The notes beneath the pieces are model-generated. The model had not been told where the DNA came from. It worked only from the letters and a program-made list of their open reading frames with translations, and made no database searches. Source: Kudoa neothunni (taxonomy: Eukaryota; Animalia; Cnidaria). Taken from it: DNA of 58,571 bases. Location: the NCBI GenBank assembly GCA_964304625.1, contig OZ199839.1, positions 11,763,708 to 11,822,278 on the forward strand, given 5' to 3'. The position numbers and the translations under genes were made by a program. The stretch's first letter is position 1; each line of letters starts with the position of its first letter. Shown in pieces: positions 25,933 through 38,808 of the stretch.

Positions 25933-28453
25933 CAGGGGTCGGGAACCTATAACTCGCGAGCCATATGTGGCTCTTTCGATGACTGAATATGGCTCTCCAA
26001 AAAATTATAACTTAAAAGAAAATATTTTCTATAATCGTTTGCGCATATGCGTTGCAGGCCATTAGAAATCCAATTCTCAATAATTTTAGAATGAGACAAA
26101 CATATACGTCGTTGTATCGTAGATTTATTTATCCATAAAATTCATGCAATGTAAATGCAGCACATACTACTCCATTAGGTTTGCAGCATTTTGTATCTTA
26201 AAATAGCGGTAGTTGTGCGCGTAGCAAAGGGGTTAGCACAAAGTCGTGTTATAAAATCTGGAAGTGAACTCCTCCGTTTCGGTCGCGTTTTAGTTAAATT
26301 CTTTTAGAAAATGGATAATAGAAAAAGAGGCGAAGATTATCGCACATTTCAGCAGGAGTGGACGCATGAATTTGCCTTTGTGGAAAGAGGATATTTGGCA
26401 GTGTGTCCAATTTGCAACGATAAAATTGCATCCATGAAACGATCAAATATAAAGCGGCATTTTAGCACACGTTATATGACATTTGCGTCAAAATACCCCC
26501 CTGGCGACAACCGAGAGAAAGCATGTCGAGAGCTACTTTTAAAAATGAAAGCTAGTCAACAGCAATTCCGTGTTTGGACCCAAAATGGCGATTGGAATTC
26601 AGCTAGCTTTGCTGGTACCTTAGCCATTGTGAGAAACGGGAAACCGTTCACAGACGGGGAATACGTTAAATCACTAATGCTTGATGTTGCCAATGAACTT
26701 TTTGACGACTTTTTGGATAAACAAAAAATAATCCAAACAATAAAAGATATGCCTCTGTCGGCTAGAACTGTTCACGACCGTACCATCTTGATAGCAAATC
26801 AAATTGAGGCAACACAACTAAAAAACATAAATGCAGCACCGTTTTTCTCTCTGGCTTTGGATGAGTCAACAGACATGAGTAATTTGTCATAATTTAGCGT
26901 AATTGCAAGATATATTGTCGGTGACAAATTGCAAGAAGAGAGCCTTGCAGTTTTGCCCATGAAAGGGACTACAAGAGGGGAAGATTTATTAAGATCGTTT
27001 ACCGATTTCGCCAAGGGAAAAGATTTGCCAATGGATAAACTTGTTTGAGTGTGTACTGATAGTGCTCCGTGTATGGTAGGTAAAAATAGAGGATTCGTAG
27101 CGCTTCTTTGTGAGCATGAAAAGAGAAATATTTTAAACTTTCATTGTATCATACACCAGGAGGCGCTTTGTGCTCAGGTGTTGGGCGAACAATTAGGTGA
27201 GGTGATGTCGCTGGTCATCCGGGTGGTCAACTTTATTGTTTCTCGAGCATTAAATGATCATCAATTTAAGAATCTACCGGATGAAGTTAGGAATAATTAT
27301 TGTGGCTAGCTTTTGCACAGCAACGTGCTTTGGCTGTCAAGGGGGAAGGTTCTCAGCCGTTTCGCGGCTTGTCTGAGCGAAATTGAGGCTTTTCTTAAAA
27401 TGAAAAATGTCGAGCATCCGGAGTTAGCTGACACCAAGTAGCTCCTGAAGTTCTACTATCTAGTGGACATAACTGACCATCTTAACCAGCTTTATATAAA
27501 AATGCAAGGCGTTCGAAATACGATCCTATCCCTGCAACAAGCTGTGTTTGCATTTGAAAAGAAACTAGAACTCTTCGTCGCTGACATTGCAACAGGTCGT
27601 CTATTACATTTTGAAAAACTGGGAGAGTTCATAGATGCATGCTCAAAAAATTACTCCGCTCAACATTTTGATCTTCAGCAACTAGCAGGCTTTACATCTA
27701 CTCTTATGCAATCATTTAAAGAGCGATTTGGAGAATTTCGCGAGCGATGTCGGCTGTTTAGGTTTATAACCCATCCACATGAGTGTGAAGTAGACGGTAC
27801 TGATTTGAGTTATATCCCTAGTGTCTCCATCAGAGATTTTGAATTACAAGTTGTCTAACTGAAGGCCTCAGACATGTGGGTAAATAAGTTCAACATAATG
27901 AATGACGATTTAGAAAGACTTGAACGGCAGCGAGCAGAGTTGGCGAGTAAACACAAGTGGGCAGAAATGAGAAGGCTTCAGATTGCAGATCAGCTGATCG
28001 CCGAAACTTGGAACGCGCTTCCTATCACATATTACGCATTATAGCGTGTGAGTATTGCTATACTAACAATGTTTGGCTCTACATATTCATGTGAGCAGTC
28101 CTTCTCACATCTAAACAGCATAAAAACCAACCTACGTTCACGTTTAACAGATGAAAGTCTCAACGCCTGCACTGCATTAAGATCAACCTGACTATAACGC
28201 CATCTCCAAAACAATGCAAAAACAAAAATCACATTAATTATGACAAATATTTTGTTTTGTTACAACATAAAAAAATATTATTTTGGTAAATATAAATCGG
28301 AGATTTTTGTACTTGTAATGGGTTGTAACCGTATAATACACTTGTATGCACTAGTGTTTTTTTCTTCGAGCATAGCATATGGCTCTCATGGAATGAGATT
28401 TAAAAATATATAGCATTTGTGGCTCTTTAGGTCGCAAAGGTTCCCGACCCCTG
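25933..28453 (+). mobile_element. Full-length hAT (Charlie/Buster group, GTF2IRD2/EPM2AIP1-like transposase), pseudogenised
   Basis: Perfect 16-bp TIRs caggggtcgggaacct / aggttcccgacccctg, and subterminal tggctct repeats at both ends. ORF pieces: RTFQQEW, FSLALDESTD, CTDSAPCMVG, HCIIHQEALC, WLSRG, MFGSTYSCEQSFS, with few stops. Confidence 0.95.
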
Positions 28454-28972
28454 GTCTAGTTGATCAATCCAACATTGTATATCTTGAGATCTATCGAATT
28501 TGATGAACTTCATTTTATCTCGTACTCGTCGCCAAGTTGTTGTATTCGCGCGAGGAAATAATTAGTGTTAAAGAATAATACAGCTACGTTATTATGGTAA
28601 AACGACGCTATGGCGATCACCCTGATTGTTGTTGTCTAGGGGATCTCCGCCCAGTAATGTAATGAGCTAGTGCAGAGCCTAGCTTCGGTTGATTGGGGGA
28701 TCACTACAAATGGGGTGGACGTTTTATACATAAAACACAACGTCTGGTATTTTCTTTTTTAATTAAAAAAACCTTTATTAGTAAAAAATTAAAATATTTA
28801 TTTAACATTACACATAACAAAACGTAAAACACGAAATTTAGAGTCACAATATTGGAAATTTCAGTAGCTCAAATTTTCTCCAAAGCAGTTAATTTTGTTA
28901 GGCCAAAAATCATTGATTACAAATATAAATTTCAAATTTTATGTGAGTTTGTAGATTTGAAGTTATTCCATC

Positions 28973-29033
28973 CCGTAACAATAGACAATCCCCGCAGGTG
29001 GATTAAATGGATCCGTAGCAATAGCCACTGCCT
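28973..29033. repeat. Dispersed ~60-bp motif (other copies ~40159-40218 and ~54515-54575; inverted partial copies ~52955-52976 and ~58151-58183)
   Basis: Consensus gttgcaatagncaatcc..cat.cggattaaa.ggatccgt.gcaatagcca.tgcc. Confidence 0.75.
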
Positions 29034-29109
29034 ATCTAAAATGCTTCTTCTCTTTTGCTTTTGTCCCAATAACGTATATATATATATATACCGTAAGAAT
29101 TTAAGAAAC

Positions 29110-29490
29110 TAAAATCTTATCATTATTCGTGGAATACTCTGAAGCAAATTTCTTAAATTGCCAAAAATATCCGAACGAATCTTGGAATGCTTATGAGAGA
29201 GTATTTAATGGTGTAAAATTTACGTCGAACTCAGCATAAAATTTCAGTCGACATTTCTATTCCCGATTTCAAAAACCACATCCTGGCTTATCCACATTCA
29301 TTGAGAAGTTAAAAGATCATCAAAGTGTAGTTGAACAAGACATAAACTATCGATTATGCTATCCATATTCATTATCGCCGGATAAGAAAACTGTACAAAA
29401 GATGAATACTCTTAAATCCATTGTTGAAAATTATCATTCATATTATGAATTATTCTATTTATAAGCTATTACATGTATATACGATTGAAA
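29110..29490 (+). mobile_element. MULE transposase C-terminal fragment, same family as 2739-4165
   Basis: KYPNESWNAYERVFNGVKFTSNSA*NFSRHFYSRFQKPHPGL aligns to KYPIESWNAYQRVLNNVKLTSNNAEIFNRHFYSHFDQPHSGL. Confidence 0.85.
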
Positions 29491-29716
29491 ATTAAAATAA
29501 ATATCCCCATGATATTATTCATTATAACATGGTATATGTGCTAATTCATAAGTATATAATGATCTATTTTCTGCACACGCTTCAGATTAATTCCGGCGAA
29601 AATTCTATTAAAAAATTTTAACAACGGAGAAATCGACTTCCATATCAAGAGTAAGTGTCTAAAAAATTTACAAAATTGACCTTCTATGTTAGCGAAAAAT
29701 TCCATCTTCTAACGGT

Positions 29717-30565
29717 CTAACGGGCTTGGGGTGAAAAATACCCCAGGTTTTTTTGGTTTAAATTTACTAAAAAAACAATCTTGAATTTACTTAAGAATTT
29801 TTAGTAGGCTCTATCGATAGAATTTGGAATATATTTACGTCGATTACAAAACTTAGTCTGGTTCGGCTCAATCATCGTGGATTATTTTCAGTGAATAATA
29901 AGGCCTTACGTTCAGTAGTGTAAAAACAAGTTATTATCTAACTCAAAAAGAGAGAGTGGATGTCATCAGAAAAATAATTGAAAGCGCTCATCTTAATTCA
30001 TGCACCGGAATGATCCAACTTGTCCACTCTTCTTGCTCAAATAATCCCACTTTCTACATAACCCAAATGGGCGCACAATTAAAATAAAATCTCCGAGGAA
30101 ATCTTCTTAAACATTCTGATTCAAAAATAAACTATTGTTAGATATTTAAACCCGATATATCTAGCAAAATCGATGTTTCTCCATCCATAAGATGGGAGAA
30201 CCTCAATATTGTACCAACAGAAGCTTTCGAGCGATCGACGAAGAATGCCGCATTGGGTTAGGCTAGATACTAATTGCAGATTGTTTTGGAATTTTATATG
30301 AGTTGCTCATTTAATTATTTATAATTTTCCATGTTAATACACGTGAACGAACCTTGTGATGTTTTCCACCCCAAGGTCGTTAGAGGCTGGAATTTTTTTT
30401 TTGGAACGACCTGAACTTATATTCTAATCAAGTTTTGGATATGCGTTACGATTAATAAATATAGGAGAATAGGGAGAATTTCAATTTCCCATGAGACGGG
30501 TGTAATATTTTATTCCCACTTTAAACGTGGTTTTGGGTGTAATACACCTCAAATCCGTTAGAGAG
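29717..30565. mobile_element. Probable non-autonomous TIR element remnant (piggyBac-like)
   Basis: The motif tctaacgggcttggggtg (~29718) recurs inverted at ~30367-30385 and ~30543-30563. No intact ORF. Confidence 0.4.
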
Positions 30566-32406
30566 TAAATGAAGAATTGGTAACGTATATTACAACTGGA
30601 TGGAATAAAGACTCTTATCCTATAAGAGTCTTTATTATTCTATTATAACTCTTTTTAAAACTAGCTTAGAGCGATAAGATTCAACTCACACATTGAAGTT
30701 TTGTTATATCAAATTATTTAGAATATTTTTGGTGATATTGATGGGCCACAAAGCCGGTTTGAGGAAGGAGTGTATAAAAATGTGTCGGAGAGGGGGTTAA
30801 TAATTTGAACAATAAAAATTAATCGTCGCAAGTTATCAATGAGTTATACATTTTTGTTTTTCTATTGATCACCCTAAAATTATCTGAATTTTAACTGCGC
30901 TTATCACAGTCGTTCAAAGTATGATGTTTTTAGAAATATCTATTTTATTTCATCTTTAGATTAGTTCAAAGGATTCATATTTTGATTTAATTTTTAAAAA
31001 TATTTAAAAAAAAATATTCCTAACCCCGTGCAAAGCTGGGAAGTTGGCGCTACTGATGGGGTACAAATAAAAGATTGATCCAATAAATAGTCATATTTGC
31101 AACGAATTTCTTTACCGTCATAACTATGTTGAGATTACGTTTAGAAAATAAGTTTTTCTTCTATTCTTCTCTTTATTATATTCATTGTGGTTCACTCAAT
31201 GGTTTTTTAGATGACGGAATCATTTATGAGGTTTATATAAAGCTATGAGTTTAAAGTGGTCTTTTATAAATTGAATGTAAATTAGGTCAAATATATCTTT
31301 GTTGTCGCTGTTATATACTTTGAAACAAACGTCAAATTGATTCAAAATTGTAATAACACTTAATAAATCGTAATGAGTAAGTTACAAATAGTGGAAAAAC
31401 ACAGAGATTAATGAATATTTCATCAACTTCTTTAAACCTATAATCAGTTGTCATTATTATTTGTGTTATTCTCGTATATTTAAAAAGAAATTAATAACTA
31501 ATGAGATTGTTTGTGTTTTTATCAATTTCTTCTATAATTTTTCCATTTAATTATTACTTTGAGTAAACGTTAATCCATGAGTTATCGAAGAAAGGTTGTT
31601 TAGAGAGTTCAGAGGGTTTAACCGAGCGTTATCAAGTTTTCGTTAACCAATCTTTTATTCAAAACCAATTCACAGTATATAATTATATATTCTTTAATTC
31701 ATATATCACAATTATATGAAAACATTATAATTTAGAATATAAAAATAACGGTTTTATATTTACTTCTACACTTACATACACATATTATAATGGTGATAGA
31801 AATAACGAGAGAAGAAATAATATGTAGAATGAATCATACTTCACCCATATTTTTTAAGGGTTATTATTATATAATGGCATCAACTATGAATAAAGTCTAT
31901 ATACATATAATCAAACAACTTGGGATCCTTGGTTTCTTTAAACTTAAAATGTTTTATTCAAAGTTAATAACGGTTGATTTCACATACGGAAATAACTTTT
32001 AATGTCGATTCAAACAATTAATATGATTATGTCGGTGTGAAAGTATTGTTTGTTGAATATGGTAATTCATATATGTTATTAAAAGTTTTTAAAAGAACAA
32101 ATTTACATGTATATTAAATTAATATATCTTAGGGTTGCGTCAATAAAAATAAATACTAATTCAAATTAAATAATTGTTTAAATGATAATTTGGTCATAAA
32201 TTTAAGCTTTTTTTAATTAATAAATAATTTAATCAATTAAGTGATATACTTTAATAGTAAAATAAGTAAATTCTTTCTGGTTTGAGATAAATATATTTCA
32301 TGGATCATAAAGATTATAGTAAGAAATCATTACCGAGTCATAATCGAAAACCTAGTAAATGCCCAATTCATCTATAGAATAATTAATTCATTATCTTAAC
32401 ACAAGA

Positions 32407-35400
32407 ATGATGTGGAAAAATATTTCTTTTACCGTTTTATTATTTATCACCTTAGCTTCAATAACTGGTAACAATTCTTAATTGGATAAATTTTAGTATA
32501 TTTTTTGACGTCATTATTACATAGAGAATAACATGGAAGAATGTAATATTCACTATGCATACAAGTCTAATTTGGATGTGTTGGATGTGTGGCTAAACAT
32601 TCCAGGACAACAAAAATATATCGAAATAAGCTGGAAGTTGGTAAATTCAATAAATAGAACTCCAATTCGTATGTCTCGGAAAAGTTTGATTAAATGTGAA
32701 AGTGACGGTGTTTGTCCAATGTCAATTTACGACCTGAGCAGATTAACACCGTACCTACTTTTCGTTGAAACAGACGTGTGTTTACAAAAAAAGCCGCTAA
32801 AAATATTTCGAAGTACGTAACCATATATTAATTTTAATTTGAATAAAATTAAATTTGACTATTTTTAGGTGAATTAAACATTGATATTGATTATAGTATA
32901 AATGAAGACTCAAAAATCGTACTTCAAAGTGAAATCTTTTCATCACAAAAGATATATGTGTCACATTGAAGTAAGTGAAACAAATTATCTCGGAATAACA
33001 AGTTATAAAATTCAATCTTTTTACAATTATTGTGATGAACCATCGTATAAAATACCACTGAATATGGATAGTGCTAAGTTGACCATAAAAATAAAGGGTA
33101 TGAGCTACCCCATTAAACTTAAAATTAACAGTGAGCCAATAAAAATTTCGATGGTGTTTCTGAATTGTTTTAGATGAAATATTTAAAGATAATCCTCATT
33201 TATATGATGGCAAACACAAAGATGGCTTCGTTATATATTTTAATAATGAAGCTATCGAAAATTACGATTTATATTTGATTAATCATTTCCATATTAACGA
33301 AGAAACATCTTTAGCTTATCAAATAGAAACCAAATGTGGAAAAAATAATGATTATCAGTGGGGGAAAAAATTTTTATGTGCTTATCGCGAAGGTTTTTCA
33401 AAGTTTCTCAGATTGGAGAACAATGAAAACAAAAGAAGTTTTCTAATACACACACATAAACGTGAGATAATTATTACAGTGTTTAATATATTTGAATATA
33501 GGTAATGAGGGCGACGATATAACTGTGATTAATGGATTCGGTCAGTTCAAATTAATTATTGATGACTCAAAATTTGATCTAAATAATACTGAATACATAT
33601 TGGATAGATATAATGGAAATAAAATAGAGAAAAGATTTAATTGCCAAAAAGACAACAGGAATGGTTGCATCGGATTTGTCGTTGATAATGCTATTATTTT
33701 TGAAAAGGAATTTTTAAAAACGTATAGAATGAAATTATTTTATGGCACTCAAGTTTTTGAAAAACTAATTCAATGGAAAACTACATCAATCAAATTTTAT
33801 CATTCAATTGGATCAAAAAATATTCATGTTTGGTCGAATATACCAGAAGAATACAACCTGAGTTGTTTATACACATTGACCAGGGTTGATACTTTGTGGG
33901 ATGGCTATCACGCGGCGGGAACATACGATTCGTATGGCCCACACTCTCATATTGGCTATAAATCATGCCAAAATTACACAATTGACCTTTCGTCTATCAC
34001 TCCCAAAACGTTGCACATATATATACCTCAGCTGAATTATGTGGATTCCATAAGAAATATATATGAAAAATATAATTTCCGAATTTCGAAATCCAATGAT
34101 GGTCTCAAAATAGCAACAGTTTTCAAAAAAGAACATTGTAATATAAAATTTGTTGACTTAAAGAAAAAACTAAAATACATGTATTCCAACAAAAGTATAT
34201 TCAGTCAAGGTGATGATGCATATACCTGTGAATCGAAATATTCGTATCCGTCAGGCGTTGATAAGAAAAATATTATTGGAATTTATTTAAAATCACTTGA
34301 AACAGACAGCGTCTTCTACATTGATCTACTTTACGGTAATAAACACAATATGATGTATGATAATTTATTAAAACATATATTAGACGATGAAGACTTCGAT
34401 GTACAAATTAATAAGTCACCCTCTGGCCAACTGAGCCTTCAATTTACAAAACCATTGGATATTACTTCATTAGATTATATAAAGATATTTCAAGTGGATG
34501 GTCATAAAAATGACTTGCAATTATTTCATAAGAAATCTAATTGGATAACTGATGGGACGGGAAAATTGTCCCAATTAGAATTGGGAGTATTATTAGCTAA
34601 AACTGTCTACTTGGAGATAAAAGATAAATCAGGTTCCATTTTTAACAAAATTCTATCATTGCGTAAGAAAAATTTGGTTGATGTATTTATATTAAATCTT
34701 ATTTTAGCTGACATTTCGGTGGATCCTTATGTAAAAGTTAATGAGGGAAATGTTGAAATTATTCCTCTGAATGTCACAAATGTTGAAGGAGAATGTAAAT
34801 TGGTGTTAAATTCTGACAATGGATCTGACGAATATACACCATCAAAATTAACTTATATCCATAAATGCAACGAAAAACTAGTTATTGAGAATTTAAAGGA
34901 GAGAAATGATATTTCTATCTACAAAGACAATCGACCGATTGTTAGACAATCCTTTACTTTATGTATGATTATATTATTCCATTAAGAAAGTTCAAAATAA
35001 ATATTTGAAATATAATAATTACTTTAAATATTTACTGAAATATAAAATATTAATTACACAATTAAATTTTCGTATTATTTATAATATTTGAATTACGTCT
35101 TATAATTGATTATTTAAAATTATAAATATAATTAATTAAAAATTATAATTTTGATGAATTGTAGATAACAACAATTTAATAACTGGAATGGAATACTATA
35201 ACAATACAATTTTGATTCGTCACAAAAAACAAGGAAATGAAGTCTCAAAATGCACGATTGAGGTTAAAGAGACTAATACGAACGGAAAAACATTATTCAA
35301 AAAATGTCATCCTGTTACAGATTCCTGTAATGCAATTGAAGATTGTGATAACATTACCATTGATATGGTATATAATAAAAATTTTCATCTTAAACTTTCC

Positions 35401-35774
35401 GTCAACGAAGATGTGGAAGAGATGACTGTACAAGAAAGTAATTAATGGAAATGAATAAAATGCTACAACTAATTATTAAATGATAGTTCCACTTGAGATA
35501 ATTTGGGAACACCAATGGGAGAACAACTCATTGAAAATATTCCACCGAATGGCTGGTATTGGTTTTAAATGCTGTTACAAACTCGAAGGTGTGACCGAGG
35601 GATCAAGCAATGAAAAATTAATTGGAGACGAAGATTTTAGCAATTGTCAACTTGCGCAATGCAATAATTTAAGTTTTACTCCAAAATCTTTTTCGAACTT
35701 ATCAGAAAAATATGTAAACTTAAAGTTTAGTTATCAAATTGAAGGGGAGAAAACTACTGAACATTACGATATAG
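32407..35774 (+). CDS. Modular secreted/surface protein, exon cluster 1: signal exon 32407-32467, then exons 32525-32812, 32869-33130 (contains a +1 frameshift), 33174-33461, 33502-34662, 34708-34962, 35165-35437, 35487-35774; optional terminal mini-exon 35806-35825
   Basis: Signal peptide MMWKNISFTVLLFITLASIT. All introns are GT-AG and phase 1 (40-57 nt, one of 202 nt) and join the short ORFs in frame. Modules are beta-rich with Cys pairs (CESDGVC, CQLAQC). Confidence 0.82.
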
Positions 35775-36105
35775 GTAATTATAATTATTAAAGCATTAAT
35801 CTCAGGCCTGCCCAGAAATATTTAAATAAAATCATATATAATCCTATATTTAATGATTTGATTTTACTATTATAATATACTAGAAAAATACTTTTTAATG
35901 AATAATATTACCTATTATTTTCAAACTTATAATTAAATAATGTATTTATATGAATGTTTTTTTAATTAAAAATAAAATATATAAATTTTACGTAATTAAT
36001 TTGATAGGAACACAAATATTTTTTTCTCTTGTTGTAGCTTGTAAATATTTTTTTACGTTATACGTAAAATGCTTCAATATTTATGAGTAGATCATTACTT
36101 ATTCA

Positions 36106-36145
<40 letters not shown>

Positions 36146-37528
36146 TGTCGATACCTCATTTAAAATATCATTTAAATATAAAAATGATGACGACAAATTT
36201 CATTACGTTTTTATACATTTATTATTTTATTTAAATTAAGGTATATAATTAAAAATTTTGTTTGTACATACCGCCATTTTGACATGTATTTTGATTTATC
36301 TAATGATTTAAATTATTTTTATTGTTATATCAAAATTTTTACGATGATAAATAATTATATAAACTTAATTTTTTCTTTCCTTAAAATAATTGATAATCCC
36401 GACTTAAATGAGTGTTTAAAAAGCACTTGGTTTGGATTTTAATGTCTTTAATTACTAAATATAAACTATCGTGAACAAACGGCTTTTCCGGGGATGGGCT
36501 AATTCAGATAAAAAAATATATTAATCCCTTTATTAAACCCCTTGTTGAACAGAATAAACTCATACTGTTTATTTTAATATCATCCTTTTGACATTCATGA
36601 TGAGTAAAATAAATGTTTTAATCGTGTTGTGATATTTGGATTCACCTCATGCAGAGATTATGTAGGTAGAAAAATTTTAAAGAAAAAAATATTCTCTATT
36701 TTTCAACTTACCGTCGGTTGATTAACCATTTCGTATCCAATTTTTTTATTTCCCTCCATAATTTTTTTAAATATATTATAAGCACTCATTATCCTCTATT
36801 TAATGATTTTATCGTGGTAAAAATTAAGTAGACATAATTTCAGCTGTTTTTAATGTGGGTACTAAGGTGGACGTTTGGCATGGGTGATACAACCACGATT
36901 TCGTGTATTAATTTTCTCACAATAAAAAATAAAATAAATTGGTAATTTTCTTAGATACCTGAAATATGATAACTTAAAAACAATCTCAATCTTTCACAAG
37001 ATGTGTAGACATTTCCTTGGCAATAGTCGGTGATATGATAAAATTTAGGATTATTGCTATTATCAAGTGAATCGATATTCTGTGCCACAAAAAAGCATAT
37101 AATATTTTATTATGGTATTTATTTTCGGATAGAATTAATGAATGGTCGCGGACGAGGTTCAAACCTCTGTGCCATAACTTAAAACGTGGTGGCGCCATAC
37201 CGCTGTATTGTCGATCGCGCATTAGTTGACTTTGGTTACAACTCTTATACCAGCAATTAAGGAGTTTTCTAAATCTTTAAATTGCTGTAAGGGCTCATAT
37301 TAAATCCCAAGAAAAACAAAAAATTAATTAAAAAATTTGTTACTCCAATATACGAAAGAGAAAATCAATGGAATAATTAATCGGATTAATTGTCGTTAAT
37401 CTATTGTGGAATAAATTCAAAAATAAATATTGCTTTTTACGATTTGGGTTCTTGTTTGGATCAAAAATTTTGATTTCGACGAGAGAAAATCATATTTATA
37501 ATAAATATATGAGGTTTAGAAAATAATA

Positions 37529-38808
37529 CAGTGGGTGACGGGTAATACGTAATCCCTTCGGGACTGGAGAAAAAGTGTGAATTAGCCAGCAAAGGTGGAT
37601 AATACACACTTTTGGAGTGCATGCGTGTATTCAAAATTCAATTATTTTTCGATTATTATTGTAATAACCTGCTCTAGAAAACAAATAATAGTTTAACTTG
37701 TTTGTTGTCCTCCATGTATACGTTATACAAATCTTCTTCTAAGTTTTAAGTGTAATTTTAGAAACAAATAGAACCATTTTTTGTTTAAAATTCCTTTATA
37801 AATTCGAGACATTTAAATGGTTTTTGTGATTTAGATATTTATTAATTGATGGGTTCTAAGTAGGATATACTAATGTGTCTTGGATAACTGGAAAATTTAG
37901 TTATTTTTTTCATCGTCTTTGTTTCGATATGTAATATTTTTTAAGTGATACTTCAATAATGTTTTAGGTGGTTGAAAATCGTCCTGTTCAACCGAATTAT
38001 TTCATTCTCTACTTTTAATATTTCCTGTATAGAAAATTGCAATAAAATTGAATCATGACTTGTCTTAGTTAAATTTCAACCTCATCTCGTGTTTATAAAT
38101 TTTCAGAGTTATTTTTAGGCGTACATTCACCAACGATTTTCGGATCTCTATAAGGGTTTAACCTACGCAGATTAAACTGTTGTTTAAAACCTTACAACCA
38201 ATCATTGCTAACATCACAGACATTTTACATAATTTTCTTCACAATTTCATCACATTTTTAAATAATTTCCTATGAGGAATAACTCTGAAATATTTGGCCT
38301 TATTCATGTAATCCGTCCGCGGATTTTTCATCGGATTCAACGTTTGCTCAGTTGTTTAATATTTACAGTTCCATTTTTATCAAATCGCATAATTCGTAAT
38401 TTCATGGATAGGTTATAATTCAAAATTAATATGAATATATCAACATAATTTTTAATGGTATAACTTTTAAGTTTGTTATATTAACTTCAATTATTTTATT
38501 GTTCTGTATTTTGTATTTATTATAAACATTTTATGAAGATTTATATCAACTATATATACAAATCTAATAGTTCCTGTGGGCGATTTTAAAGTCAATTTCA
38601 GGGAAAATTATGATGCGTATTACCCAACAATGCGTTTAAATTACAATATTTTATTTATTTTTTGTCTGGAAATCATTTTTCAGATGTAAAATCTCAATTA
38701 AATTAAGTTTATAAACGTCAACTTAAGTAATGTGTTCAGCAAGTTGTAAGCTCCATGAAATAGCGAATGTACGTATTAGCTGTACTGCGTATTAAACGTC
38801 ACCCACTG
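37529..38808 (-). mobile_element. pogo/Tigger-like element, highly decayed
   Basis: TIRs cagtgggtgacgggtaatacg / cgtattaaacgtcacccactg with TA on both sides. Minus-strand remnant VSNDWL*GFKQQF resembles the CENP-B HTH motif SxGWLxxFKxR. Confidence 0.78.

Noticed and set aside
30607-30633. 12-bp hairpin aaagactcttat-cct-ataagagtcttt
   Set aside because: AT-rich, isolated and plausible by chance; no element could be attached to it.
31024-31052. Helitron 3'-end-like ccccgtgcaaagctggg...gctact, and 5'-like tctatactaat (~9430) and tctactatatataa (~9821)
   Set aside because: Short degenerate matches on the strand opposite the Helitron ORF; they cannot define an element.
36106-36142. (TA)n tracts here and at ~29075 and ~42870; (TTAG)n at ~22508-22530
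   Set aside because: Ordinary microsatellites. The TTAG run is short, inside a hAT, and not a telomere.
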